Source: a bacterium
GTDB taxonomy: Bacteria; Desulfobacterota; DSWW01
Reading direction: 5' to 3'
Assembly (NCBI GenBank): GCA_040756235.1
Contig: JBFLZG010000119.1
Coordinates: 1 to 20,488, forward strand
Length of the DNA stretch: 20,488 nucleotides
Below, one piece after another: positions 1-7,536 of the stretch. Each line of letters begins with the position of its first letter. Position 1 is the stretch's first letter. A program made the translations under genes and the position numbers. Below the pieces are notes generated by a model, which worked only from the letters and a program-made list of their open reading frames with translations, was not told where the DNA came from and ran no database searches.

Positions 1-84
1 GCCTCATTCCTCGGGATTTCGCGCGCCTTGCATCTGGGCATTTTTGAACAGCCTCTGAATCGAGCCTGTTGGGACAGGCTCTAA
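1..84. mobile_element. Right part of a MITE-like repeat ending in a terminal inverted repeat (TTGGGACAGGCTCTAA)
   Basis: Bases 1-55 match 20434-20488 at 53/55 positions. Bases 69-84 are the exact reverse complement of 20361-20376. No transposase is present in the window. Confidence 0.75.
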
Positions 85-174
85 TTAGGGAAGAGCCTTG
101 CGAGGCAGACGAGAAGCGCATCCGGCAGTGAATATTGGATATCGGTGGACAGTGGATCAGAGAGGAGTGGACAG

Positions 175-336
175 ATGAAGAAGTACACCTGCACCGTCTG
201 CGGCTACATCTACGATCCGGCGACAGGCGATCCCGAAAACGGCATCAAGCCCGGAACCGCCTTCGAGGCTCTTCCCGATGATTGGGTCTGCCCGGTTTGC
301 GGCGCGGACAAGTCGCTCTTCGAAGTCACCGACTGA
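175..336 (+). CDS. rub: Rubredoxin (53 aa)
   Basis: [15 protein letters not shown]...[24 protein letters not shown] has both CxxCG knuckles. The ATG at 175 follows an AGAGGAG RBS and is preferred over the GTG at 145. Confidence 0.97.
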   Translation: MKKYTCTVCGYIYDPATGDPENGIKPGTAFEALPDDWVCPVCGADKSLFEVTD

Positions 337-372
337 TACCAGCGCATTAGCAGATGTTAGGCTCCGCTCCGG

Positions 373-630
373 CCCCCTCACCCTGGCCCTCTCCCCCTAA
401 GGGGGCGAGGGTAAAGCCTGGTCGGATCTTTCCTCTCCCCTCGCCGAGGGGAGAGGATCAAGGTGAGGGGTGACCATTTGTCTCATCATCAAATGCCTTT
501 GCGTTATTGCTGACGCAATCCGGTGAGGCTGGCGAAGGATGTATCCCCTCTCCCCCGTGCACGGGGGAGAGACGGGTGCACTTGCACCCCTCATCCTAAC
601 CTTCTCCCCTCGCTCGAGGGGAGAAGGAAT
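373..630. repeat. Cluster of four CCCCTCAYCC-n-CCYTCTCCCC...GGGG(A/C)GAG REP-like palindromes
   Basis: Units at about 373-411, 431-470 (inverted), 544-575 and 587-629, lying between convergent genes. The 541-630 part is a near reverse-complement copy of 10733-10833. Confidence 0.85.
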
Positions 631-656
631 GAAATGAAAGCCTCGATGCATCTGGG

Positions 657-2090
657 TCAGTCGACCGGCGGTCTCTCGTCCACTACGCGCTGACACTTCA
701 GGGTCGCCGACGGATCGAAGATCTCCATCTTGTCCACGAGGCGCACCTCGGGGGTCATCTCGATCGCAGCGCGGGTTCGCTGTTTCACCTCCCGGACCAG
801 GCCGCCGTCCGGATCCCCTCCCGGCCCCGGTGCCACCTTGATGACGATCTTGTCCATGGAGAGCGCGTCCCGGACGTCCTCCTTGGTGAAGACGATCTGG
901 TATTCCTCCACCCCCTTGATGCCTGAAAGCTCCTCTCTCAGGATGTCGGGGTTGATGAGAGTGCCCTTGAGCTTGACGAGCTCCATGGTGCGGATGGGCT
1001 GGACCACCACCCTCGCGTCCTTGCGGCCGCACAACGGGCAAGTGTCGTGGACGATCGCCGTCAGGTCGCCCACCACGTACCGCAGGAAGCAGGTGCCCGT
1101 GCGGTTCAAGTGAGAGACCACGAGGAGGCCGCGCTCGCCGTCCGCGAGCCGCCGGCCCGTGGACTCGTCGCAGACCTCGAAATAGAAGAGATCCGGCGAT
1201 CCGAGGTGCATGCCGCTCCCCTCGGCGCACTCGAGGGTCGTGCCCTGCATCTCCGTGAATCCGAGCCCGCTGAGAATCACCGGCCGGCGGGCGCCCAGCA
1301 GCGTGAGGCGCCTCTTCATGTCCTCGCGCATTCCCCGGGAGGTGGCCTCGCCCAGGAGCAGGCATCTTCTCACCGATGAGTAGTCCCGCCCCTGCTCCTC
1401 GGCGCGCATGATCACGCGGCGGACAAAGGAAGTGATACCGCTCAGGAGCGTGGCTCGCTGCCGCTCCACCATGTCGACCGCGTGATCCAGCGAACGGTGG
1501 ATGGGAAACGTCTCGTAGGGGCTCCCGGTCAGAGCGCAGACCACCTTCGCGCCCGCAGCCATGGAGTAGTCGATGGTTTTCAGAAAGCCGATGTGCGGGA
1601 CCGTGGTCAGAGGGAAGATGTTTGCGACCGTGTCCTCGGCCGTGATCCCTCCGATCTGGCAGGTCCGCGCCAGCTGCATGATGTTGCCGAAGTAGTCGTG
1701 GGTCGTGCTGAAGAAAGGGCTCGGCTGCCCGCTCGTGGTGCCGGTCGTGTAGTGCACGTTCCAGAGGATCCGCTCCTGGACCGGGACCGGAGCGTCCGGC
1801 GGAAAGACCAGCCGGAACTGCTGGGGGTCCTTCATGTATTCCTTCTTGTAGAGCAACGGCACCGCCTCCAGGTCGTCCACCGTACGGATCCTGTCGGGCT
1901 GAATGCCCTGTTCTTTGAAGATCCTCCTGTAATGAGGGCTGTACAGGGCGAGACGCGCCACCTGCCGAGCCAGCCGTTCGTTCTGAAGCTCCCGGATCTC
2001 CTGCTGGGACTTGTACAGAAGAGCGCCGAAATCCTGAGCTGCCATGTCTTCTTGCTCCCTGTGTGCGAAGAATGAAACGGGATCGGTCAA
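657..2090 (-). CDS. Phenylacetate-CoA ligase (PaaK)-like AMP-forming CoA ligase, substrate unknown
   Basis: P-loop HYTTGTTSGQP, GLGFTEM, RYVVGDL, zinc-site residues (EC, GMH, CPLCGR), KLKGTLINP and C-terminal KCQRVVDER. The start could instead be the ATG at 2045, which has GGAG upstream. Confidence 0.88.
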   Translation of the reverse strand: MTDPVSFFAHREQEDMAAQDFGALLYKSQQEIRELQNERLARQVARLALYSPHYRRIFKEQGIQPDRIRTVDDLEAVPLLYKKEYMKDPQQFRLVFPPDAPVPVQERILWNVHYTTGTTSGQPSPFFSTTHDYFGNIMQLARTCQIGGITAEDTVANIFPLTTVPHIGFLKTIDYSMAAGAKVVCALTGSPYETFPIHRSLDHAVDMVERQRATLLSGITSFVRRVIMRAEEQGRDYSSVRRCLLLGEATSRGMREDMKRRLTLLGARRPVILSGLGFTEMQGTTLECAEGSGMHLGSPDLFYFEVCDESTGRRLADGERGLLVVSHLNRTGTCFLRYVVGDLTAIVHDTCPLCGRKDARVVVQPIRTMELVKLKGTLINPDILREELSGIKGVEEYQIVFTKEDVRDALSMDKIVIKVAPGPGGDPDGGLVREVKQRTRAAIEMTPEVRLVDKMEIFDPSATLKCQRVVDERPPVD

Positions 2091-2277
2091 TCATCCTTGG
2101 GGGCCATGCAGGCGTCGCCCGCAGCGCGCAGAGCAGTGCGGCGGGGCCCCGCCCTCGATCGTCTCGGGCTCAGAACGCTCCGGCCCATTCTCCTCCCTCG
2201 GGTCGGAGACTAGAGCCCTTCGGGCAGGTCGTTGTCTCGTCCCTCGTCCCGGGCCGGGTGTATCGGGGCACACCAGC

Positions 2278-2308
2278 CTAGGCCGGACTTCAAGGAAGTC
2301 CGGCCTAG
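2278..2308. repeat. Perfect 14-bp inverted repeat bounded by CTAG
   Basis: CTAGGCCGGACTTC-AAG-GAAGTCCGGCCTAG read directly from the sequence. Confidence 0.8.
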
Positions 2309-2457
2309 AGTGCGAGATAGCGAGAAACAGCGCTGCGTTCCCCGGCCTTCGGGACTCGGGACGGCCTCCGCGACTCGCCCGTGCCTCTCTCGTTCGGAGC
2401 ACCCGCCGCACTCGTCTCCTAGCGGAGGTAGTCGCGCGCGAGCCGCCCGACCACTTG

Positions 2458-2487
2458 GTAGGGTGGACAAAGCGCAGCGTGTCCACC
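2458..2487 (+). repeat. GTAG-family REP element
   Basis: GTAG followed by the 8-bp stem GGTGGACA/TGTCCACC with loop AAGCGCAGCG. Confidence 0.75.
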
Positions 2488-2554
2488 AATCGAGGCATCG
2501 AACCGCGAGCGTGGCGACGGGTGTTGCCGCGGACCTGCGGTCCCCGCAAGGTTC

Positions 2555-3898
2555 CTAGGCCCTCTCCTGCGCGGCGACCCTGACCTGCTGGCCCGCCATC
2601 AGGTGCTTGGCCAGCCTCTTGGCCATGGCCACCACGGTCACGGTCGGAGGCAGCCCCCACGGCTCGGGGATGATCGTCGTATCCATGCAGTAGCAGTTCT
2701 TGATCTCGGTCTGGCAGTCCTTGTCGAGCAGCTCGCCGATCCGCACCGTGCCGCCCGGATGGGCCGCCAGCACGCCGGTCTTGACCAGATCCTGGCGTCT
2801 GACACCGGCCTTCATCAGGATCTCCTCGGCGAGCACGGCGCCCTTGTTGAGCTTCCACCAGGTGTCGTAATCGATCGGCTTGGAGAAGCTCTCGTCCAGG
2901 TTGATGCGGCCGTCCAGACCGTCCCTCACCTTGATCATGATGCTCAGCGTCTTTCTGGTCTGCAGCACCTTGGGCAGCGAGGCGACACCCTTCAGCCCCG
3001 CGTACGCCAGTGCGGCCGTGTACATCATGGGCGGCATCATGAGATCGGTCATGACGATCCCGTCCTTGGCCAGGTTGATCCCTGCGGTCATCGGGATGTC
3101 GTAGAGCGAGCCCTGGCACGGGGCCGGCCCGGCGACGAACCAGAGGGGATCCGCGAAGAAGCCCTGGCCCGCATCGTATAGGCCCGAGCGCTGCAGAATG
3201 GGGGGCGTGCCCTGGCCGCCCGCGGACAGGATGACGGTGTCGGCCATGATGTCCACCCAGCCGCCGGGCCCCCTCGCCCGGACGCCCACGGCCTTTCCGC
3301 CTTCGGTCAGGACCCGGTCGACCTTGGTCTTGAGCAGGAGCTGGGCCCCGCCCCGGACCGCGTCCTCAACGAACTCCCGGGCCGTCCACTTGGCCCCCTC
3401 CTTGCAGCCGAGGGCGCACTTCCCGCAGTTGGGCTTGCACTTGTCCGGCCGGATCCACTTGTCGATCAGGTTCCACTCGAGGCCGATGTCCCGGGCCGCC
3501 TGCATGATCCTGGCCGCCGCGGGCCCGATCAGGTTGTCGGGCATGGTCCGGATCGGGACTTCCTTGTAGATCTCATCCACCTCCGCATCCACGTCGATCC
3601 CGTACTTCTCCTTCAACCACGCCGGCGGCCGGAACGCCGTGCCGCAGAAGACCACCGAGGCGCCGCCCACGGTCTTGGGCCGGATGACCCAGGTCCCCTC
3701 CTTGGAGAAGGTCAGGCCCATCCCGTCCATCATGGTCAGCAGAAAGGCCGTGTAACCGAAATTCCTGTGATACTTCCCGGCTTCGCATAGGACCACTTTC
3801 CGTCCCTTGCGGGTGAGCTCGCGGGCTGTGGTTGCACCGCCGGGTCCGGACCCGACGATGACGACTTCCGTCTCCATCTTGTGCACAGGCGCGACCAT
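2555..3898 (-). CDS. GMC-family FAD-dependent oxidoreductase with a Cys-rich (probable Fe-S) motif
   Basis: N-terminal VIVGSGPGG FAD motif, KTVGGASVV, CKPNCGKCALGC, VILSAGGQGTP and catalytic-region AHPGGT...PPTVT. The ATG at 3898 follows AAGGAGG. Confidence 0.9.
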   Translation of the reverse strand: MVAPVHKMETEVVIVGSGPGGATTARELTRKGRKVVLCEAGKYHRNFGYTAFLLTMMDGMGLTFSKEGTWVIRPKTVGGASVVFCGTAFRPPAWLKEKYGIDVDAEVDEIYKEVPIRTMPDNLIGPAAARIMQAARDIGLEWNLIDKWIRPDKCKPNCGKCALGCKEGAKWTAREFVEDAVRGGAQLLLKTKVDRVLTEGGKAVGVRARGPGGWVDIMADTVILSAGGQGTPPILQRSGLYDAGQGFFADPLWFVAGPAPCQGSLYDIPMTAGINLAKDGIVMTDLMMPPMMYTAALAYAGLKGVASLPKVLQTRKTLSIMIKVRDGLDGRINLDESFSKPIDYDTWWKLNKGAVLAEEILMKAGVRRQDLVKTGVLAAHPGGTVRIGELLDKDCQTEIKNCYCMDTTIIPEPWGLPPTVTVVAMAKRLAKHLMAGQQVRVAAQERA

Positions 3899-4026
3899 GA
3901 TACCTTCCTCCTTTCGGCCCCCGGAGGGCGCCTGTTCCGGCACCCTCTCGACCTGCGGTTTTTGACGGCTCCTCGCGGCCCCTACAGCGGGCGAGGAGAT
4001 TCCTTGCGGAGCTCTTTCAGACTTCT

Positions 4027-4779
4027 TCAGACTTCTTTCAATTTCTCCCTGAACTCGACCGTGTACCGCTCGACCGTCTCCACGATCAGCCGTTTGTGGA
4101 TCAGCCCCATCATGGTGTTTAGAAGCTGCGTGCCCTCCTCCACCATCCTCGGGACATTCAGGTCCATGACGTTCACCTGCCCGGAGACCCGGCTGGCCAG
4201 CAGCTTGGCCTCCTCATCGACCAGCAGCTTGAGCAGGTCCCGGTGGACTGCCAGCATGCCGGCGTCGAACCCCAGCTCCCGGGTGAACCCCGCTTTCCTC
4301 ATCTTCACCCAGCACTCGACCAGCCGGATGTCGTCCTCGTCGTAGAGCTTGCGCTTACCCTTGCGGGCAGGCGCGAGGATCTGATGGCGCTCCATGTCGC
4401 GAATGTCACTGAGGCTGGCGCCGGTCCGCTCGGCCAGCGCGCCGATGGTCACGGGCTTCACGTCCGGGTTCTCTTTCAGATTCCGGAAGAGCCTTCCGTC
4501 CATCTCCACCAGCATCTTGATCTCGTGCACGCTCAGGTCTCTGCCCCTGAGCACCTGCTTGATCACGGAGAGGGGCAGAAAGCGTTTGACCTGCAGCTCC
4601 TTGACCAGGCGGATCGCGTTCAGGTGGGTGCTGTTGTAGTAAGCCATGTTGGCGTGGGTCTTGACCGGCTTGGGAATCAAGCCTTCCTTGACGTAGAACA
4701 GAATGGTCCCTTTCGGCACGCCCGCGGCCCGGGACAGCTCCTTCATCCGCATCCCTTTTTGTGCCTGCGTCTTGTCCAA
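4027..4779 (-). CDS. MerR-family transcriptional regulator with two HTH-like domains
   Basis: MRMKELSRAAGVPKGTILFYVKEGLIP...NMAYY and a second unit TIGALAERTG...DMERHQIL...LYDEDD. The TTG at 4779 follows AGGAGG; the start is approximate. Confidence 0.92.
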   Translation of the reverse strand: MDKTQAQKGMRMKELSRAAGVPKGTILFYVKEGLIPKPVKTHANMAYYNSTHLNAIRLVKELQVKRFLPLSVIKQVLRGRDLSVHEIKMLVEMDGRLFRNLKENPDVKPVTIGALAERTGASLSDIRDMERHQILAPARKGKRKLYDEDDIRLVECWVKMRKAGFTRELGFDAGMLAVHRDLLKLLVDEEAKLLASRVSGQVNVMDLNVPRMVEEGTQLLNTMMGLIHKRLIVETVERYTVEFREKLKEV

Positions 4780-4875
4780 CCTTCGCCTCCTCTCCTCCAC
4801 CCTTGGCAAGCCGTTGAAGAACGCCCACCTCCTGCGTTCGGCTCGCCCAGAGCCGGTCAAAGGGGAAAGGTCAAA

Positions 4876-4926
4876 GCAGGGGCGAAGAATTCTTCGCCCC
4901 TGCCTGTCTCACCTTTCACCTTCCGC
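4876..4926. repeat. REP palindrome plus heptamer-repeat tail (copy 1)
   Basis: Perfect 28-bp palindrome GCAGGGGCGAAGAATTCTTCGCCCCTGC (4876-4903) followed by TCTCACC-TTTCACC. Bases 4880-4926 match 7470-7516 at 38/47 positions. Confidence 0.8.
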
Positions 4927-4931
4927 GCTCC

Positions 4932-6236
4932 TCACTTGTACGGGAGTACCTGCGTTTCGAGGAAATCCGCCACCGTAGCGTGGATCTTCTCAATCGACGT
5001 GGGCCGGGCGTCCATCGGATCGAACTCCACCAGGCAAACGGGCTTCTCCCTTTCACGGCAGGCTTCCCGGATGAACCCATGGGTGGCCTGGCCGTGCTTG
5101 CACTGGATCAGGGCCGGCACGATCACCGCGTCCACGTTCCAGCCCTCGATGGCCGCAATCAAGTCGTCCATGAAGAACTCGTGAGGGCCGCGGTACTGCC
5201 GGGCCATGCAGATGTTCATCATCTTCCATGCATAGTCCCTGACGATCGTCTCCGGCGTGCTCGGGTCGATCAGCCCCATGGTGGCGTGTCCGAAGAAGGT
5301 GAGCGCCGTCACCGCACCGTACTCGTCCTCCATCCAGTCATGGATGCCCACGTCGTAGAACGGATCCGGGTTGTAGAGCAGGACCCGGGCCTTCTCGTCG
5401 GGTACGACCCCTTTCTTCTGCGCCGCCAGGCTCTTGGAGTCCTCCAGGATGGCCCGGAACGCATCTCGGGTGTACGGGTACCCGCAGGCGATGGTGAGCA
5501 GGAGGAACTGGTAGAAGCCCAGCTTGCCCGGGTGCGGGCAGGGGGAGAGCTTGCGCATCTCGGTCTCTTCGATGAACGCCTCGATCGCCTCGTTGCCGAG
5601 GCGGACGTGCTCGCGGCACTTGTCCCAGTCCATGCGCGTGTTGCACGCCTCTTCGATCCTGCCGATCATCTTGCGGATGTGGTGAGCGTACAGCTCCGCC
5701 CCGCGCGCATCCTGCCAGTACGGCATGTCCGCCTGAAAGACCGGCGCTTCGATGAGCTTGCCCAGGATCTGATAGGCCGTAATGGCCGAGTCGCAGGGCG
5801 TGGTGGGCGCACAGGCGAACGCCGCCGGCGGCATCGCCTCCTCCAGGACGCAGCCCAGGAGCCCCTTGTCGGCCGGGCAGACGTCCGCCGGGAGGCCCGC
5901 GTTTTCGGAGGCGTCCACGTACGGGTTGAGCCCTTCGGGATCGAGCACCGGAAGAAAGCCGCACAGGGTCTCGGCCATAAAGGGGTGGAGGTCCTTGAAT
6001 CCCATGAAGATCTCGGGGAAGAAGAGAAATTCGTGCCACAGGATCTTCTTTCCGCTCTGGACGGCCCCGAACAGATCCTGGATGTACCGGTCGACGCACT
6101 TCATGACCTGGATCGGGCCGTAGTCCCTGTGGTCGCCGATGGCGCTCATCGCCTCGACCATGCTCTGGATCGCGATCAGATGGTCACCGAAAACAGTGTT
6201 GAACTTCTCCGGGTTGAATCGGATGGCGGCTCCCAT
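4932..6236 (-). CDS. 2-hydroxyacyl-CoA dehydratase / benzoyl-CoA reductase family subunit (HGD-D, alpha-like)
   Basis: DVCPADKG, TPCDS, FQADMP, ELRKLSP-like EMRKLSPCP, IQCKH and the C-terminal VEFDPMDAR. The ATG at 6236 follows GGAGG. Confidence 0.88.
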   Translation of the reverse strand: MGAAIRFNPEKFNTVFGDHLIAIQSMVEAMSAIGDHRDYGPIQVMKCVDRYIQDLFGAVQSGKKILWHEFLFFPEIFMGFKDLHPFMAETLCGFLPVLDPEGLNPYVDASENAGLPADVCPADKGLLGCVLEEAMPPAAFACAPTTPCDSAITAYQILGKLIEAPVFQADMPYWQDARGAELYAHHIRKMIGRIEEACNTRMDWDKCREHVRLGNEAIEAFIEETEMRKLSPCPHPGKLGFYQFLLLTIACGYPYTRDAFRAILEDSKSLAAQKKGVVPDEKARVLLYNPDPFYDVGIHDWMEDEYGAVTALTFFGHATMGLIDPSTPETIVRDYAWKMMNICMARQYRGPHEFFMDDLIAAIEGWNVDAVIVPALIQCKHGQATHGFIREACREREKPVCLVEFDPMDARPTSIEKIHATVADFLETQVLPYK

Positions 6237-6315
6237 TCGCTTTCCTCCATTTCCGGAGGCTGCATTGTCACCAGCCTCTACGAAAGTCCTCTTTCGCAAG
6301 GTTTCCGGTCGGGCT

Positions 6316-7455
6316 TCATTCCATGCTTTCCAGAAACGCCTGGACCCGGGTCTTCATCTGACCGGTGCCTCCCAGGAGGTACTCCCTCTCCAGCCACAGC
6401 GTGGGCGTGCCGGTCTCCTTGGCCTCCAGGTTGGTCATGACCTTCTCGGAGCCCCAGAGCTGGCAGAACACGATCCGCTCGCCCACGATGCCGTCCGCCT
6501 TCCAGTCCCGGACGATCTGTTTGACCCGCTCCTGGCGGCGCTCCCGATCCACCATCCGAGGACAGGACCAGCGCTCGTGGTAGCGCCTGGCCAGGGCGTC
6601 CAAGGGCTCGGCCGCCTCGTCCACGAGGTCCCAGAACATGCGCGCACCGAAGCAGAGGCCGTCGGCCACCACGAGGGCGCCCTGGTCCTCGATGACCTTG
6701 ACCCACTCGGGATCGTCGAGCTCGCTTCCGTAGAGGAACATGCGCTTGCGGTAGCTCGGGACCGCCACCCGGCCGTCGAGGGCGGAGATCAGGGATTGCA
6801 GCCGCTCGTTGAAGAGATCCTTGGGCATGCAGGTGTAGGCGACCGTGATCCCGAGCGCCTCGGCGCCGCTGACCGGAGGCGCTTCGGCTTTGCGCAGCTC
6901 GTACAGCTCGTGCAGGAGCCGCCGGGCGCGGTTGGTCTGCGCGATCGCGCTCGCGAGCTTTCCGGACGTGATCCGCACGCCGAAGTAGGATTCGAGCGAC
7001 TCCTTCAGGCGCTCGAGCTCCTCCCGGTAGTAGCGCAGAGAGGCGTCGTCGAAAGGCACCCGGGGCGCGGCCACGTACTCGAGAAGGAGCTTCCCCTGCT
7101 GCGCGGCCCCCTGGAAGGCCACGGCCCGGAAGATGTCGCTCACCCGCCGCATCTGGTCGCACCCGTTCGTGCCCACGAATCCGTCCAGGAAGTCGTACTT
7201 GCCGAGCAGGGCCTCGTCCACCGTATGCCGGCAATAGGTGCAGTTCAGGTAGGTCGTGTGGCGGTCCGCCTCGGTCGTGCCGCGGCTCTCCGGCGCCCGC
7301 ACCCGGTACGGCAGCATGCCGGCCGCCAGGATGATCTCCTCGGGCACGTTGGGGCAGAAGTACCCGATGATCTTTCCCCCCCGCTCCTTCCACGCCCGCA
7401 TCTCCCGGTTGCAGGTCGCACCCGAGAGATCCATGAACTGGCTGAGCGCATCCAT
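6316..7455 (-). CDS. 2-hydroxyacyl-CoA dehydratase / benzoyl-CoA reductase family subunit (HGD-D, beta-like)
   Basis: GKIIGYFCPNVPEEIILAAG, LNCTYCR, TNGCDQMRR, DGLCFGAR, VFCQLW and GQMKTRVQAFLE. The ATG at 7455 follows GAGGAGG. Confidence 0.92.
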   Translation of the reverse strand: MDALSQFMDLSGATCNREMRAWKERGGKIIGYFCPNVPEEIILAAGMLPYRVRAPESRGTTEADRHTTYLNCTYCRHTVDEALLGKYDFLDGFVGTNGCDQMRRVSDIFRAVAFQGAAQQGKLLLEYVAAPRVPFDDASLRYYREELERLKESLESYFGVRITSGKLASAIAQTNRARRLLHELYELRKAEAPPVSGAEALGITVAYTCMPKDLFNERLQSLISALDGRVAVPSYRKRMFLYGSELDDPEWVKVIEDQGALVVADGLCFGARMFWDLVDEAAEPLDALARRYHERWSCPRMVDRERRQERVKQIVRDWKADGIVGERIVFCQLWGSEKVMTNLEAKETGTPTLWLEREYLLGGTGQMKTRVQAFLESME

Positions 7456-7469
7456 GAAAATCCTCCTCT

Positions 7470-7516
7470 GGGCGAAAGATCTTTCGCCCCTACCGGTCTC
7501 GCCTCTCACCTTCGGC
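7470..7516 (-). repeat. GTAG-family REP palindrome plus heptamer tail (copy 2)
   Basis: The minus strand reads GTAGGGGCGAAAGATCTTTCGCCC, with a perfect 20-bp palindrome at 7470-7489. It is homologous to 4880-4926. Confidence 0.8.
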
Positions 7517-7536
7517 CTTCTCCCGGCCTCCTCTCC

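Noticed and set aside
1..55. Terminal redundancy indicating a circular plasmid or phage contig
   Set aside because: The two 55-bp ends differ at two positions, so they are not an exact assembly overlap, and there are no replication, integrase or phage genes.
373..630. CRISPR array
   Set aside because: The units vary in sequence and orientation, spacing is irregular, and there are no cas genes.
397..2094. 565-aa alternative-frame ORF overlapping the CoA ligase
   Set aside because: It has the Arg/Gly/Pro-rich composition of off-frame translation and runs through the repeat cluster.
2044..2583. Protein-coding genes in the gap between the ligase and GMC genes
   Set aside because: The several overlapping short ORFs have no RBS, motifs or coding-like codon bias, and the region is explained by repeats and hairpins.
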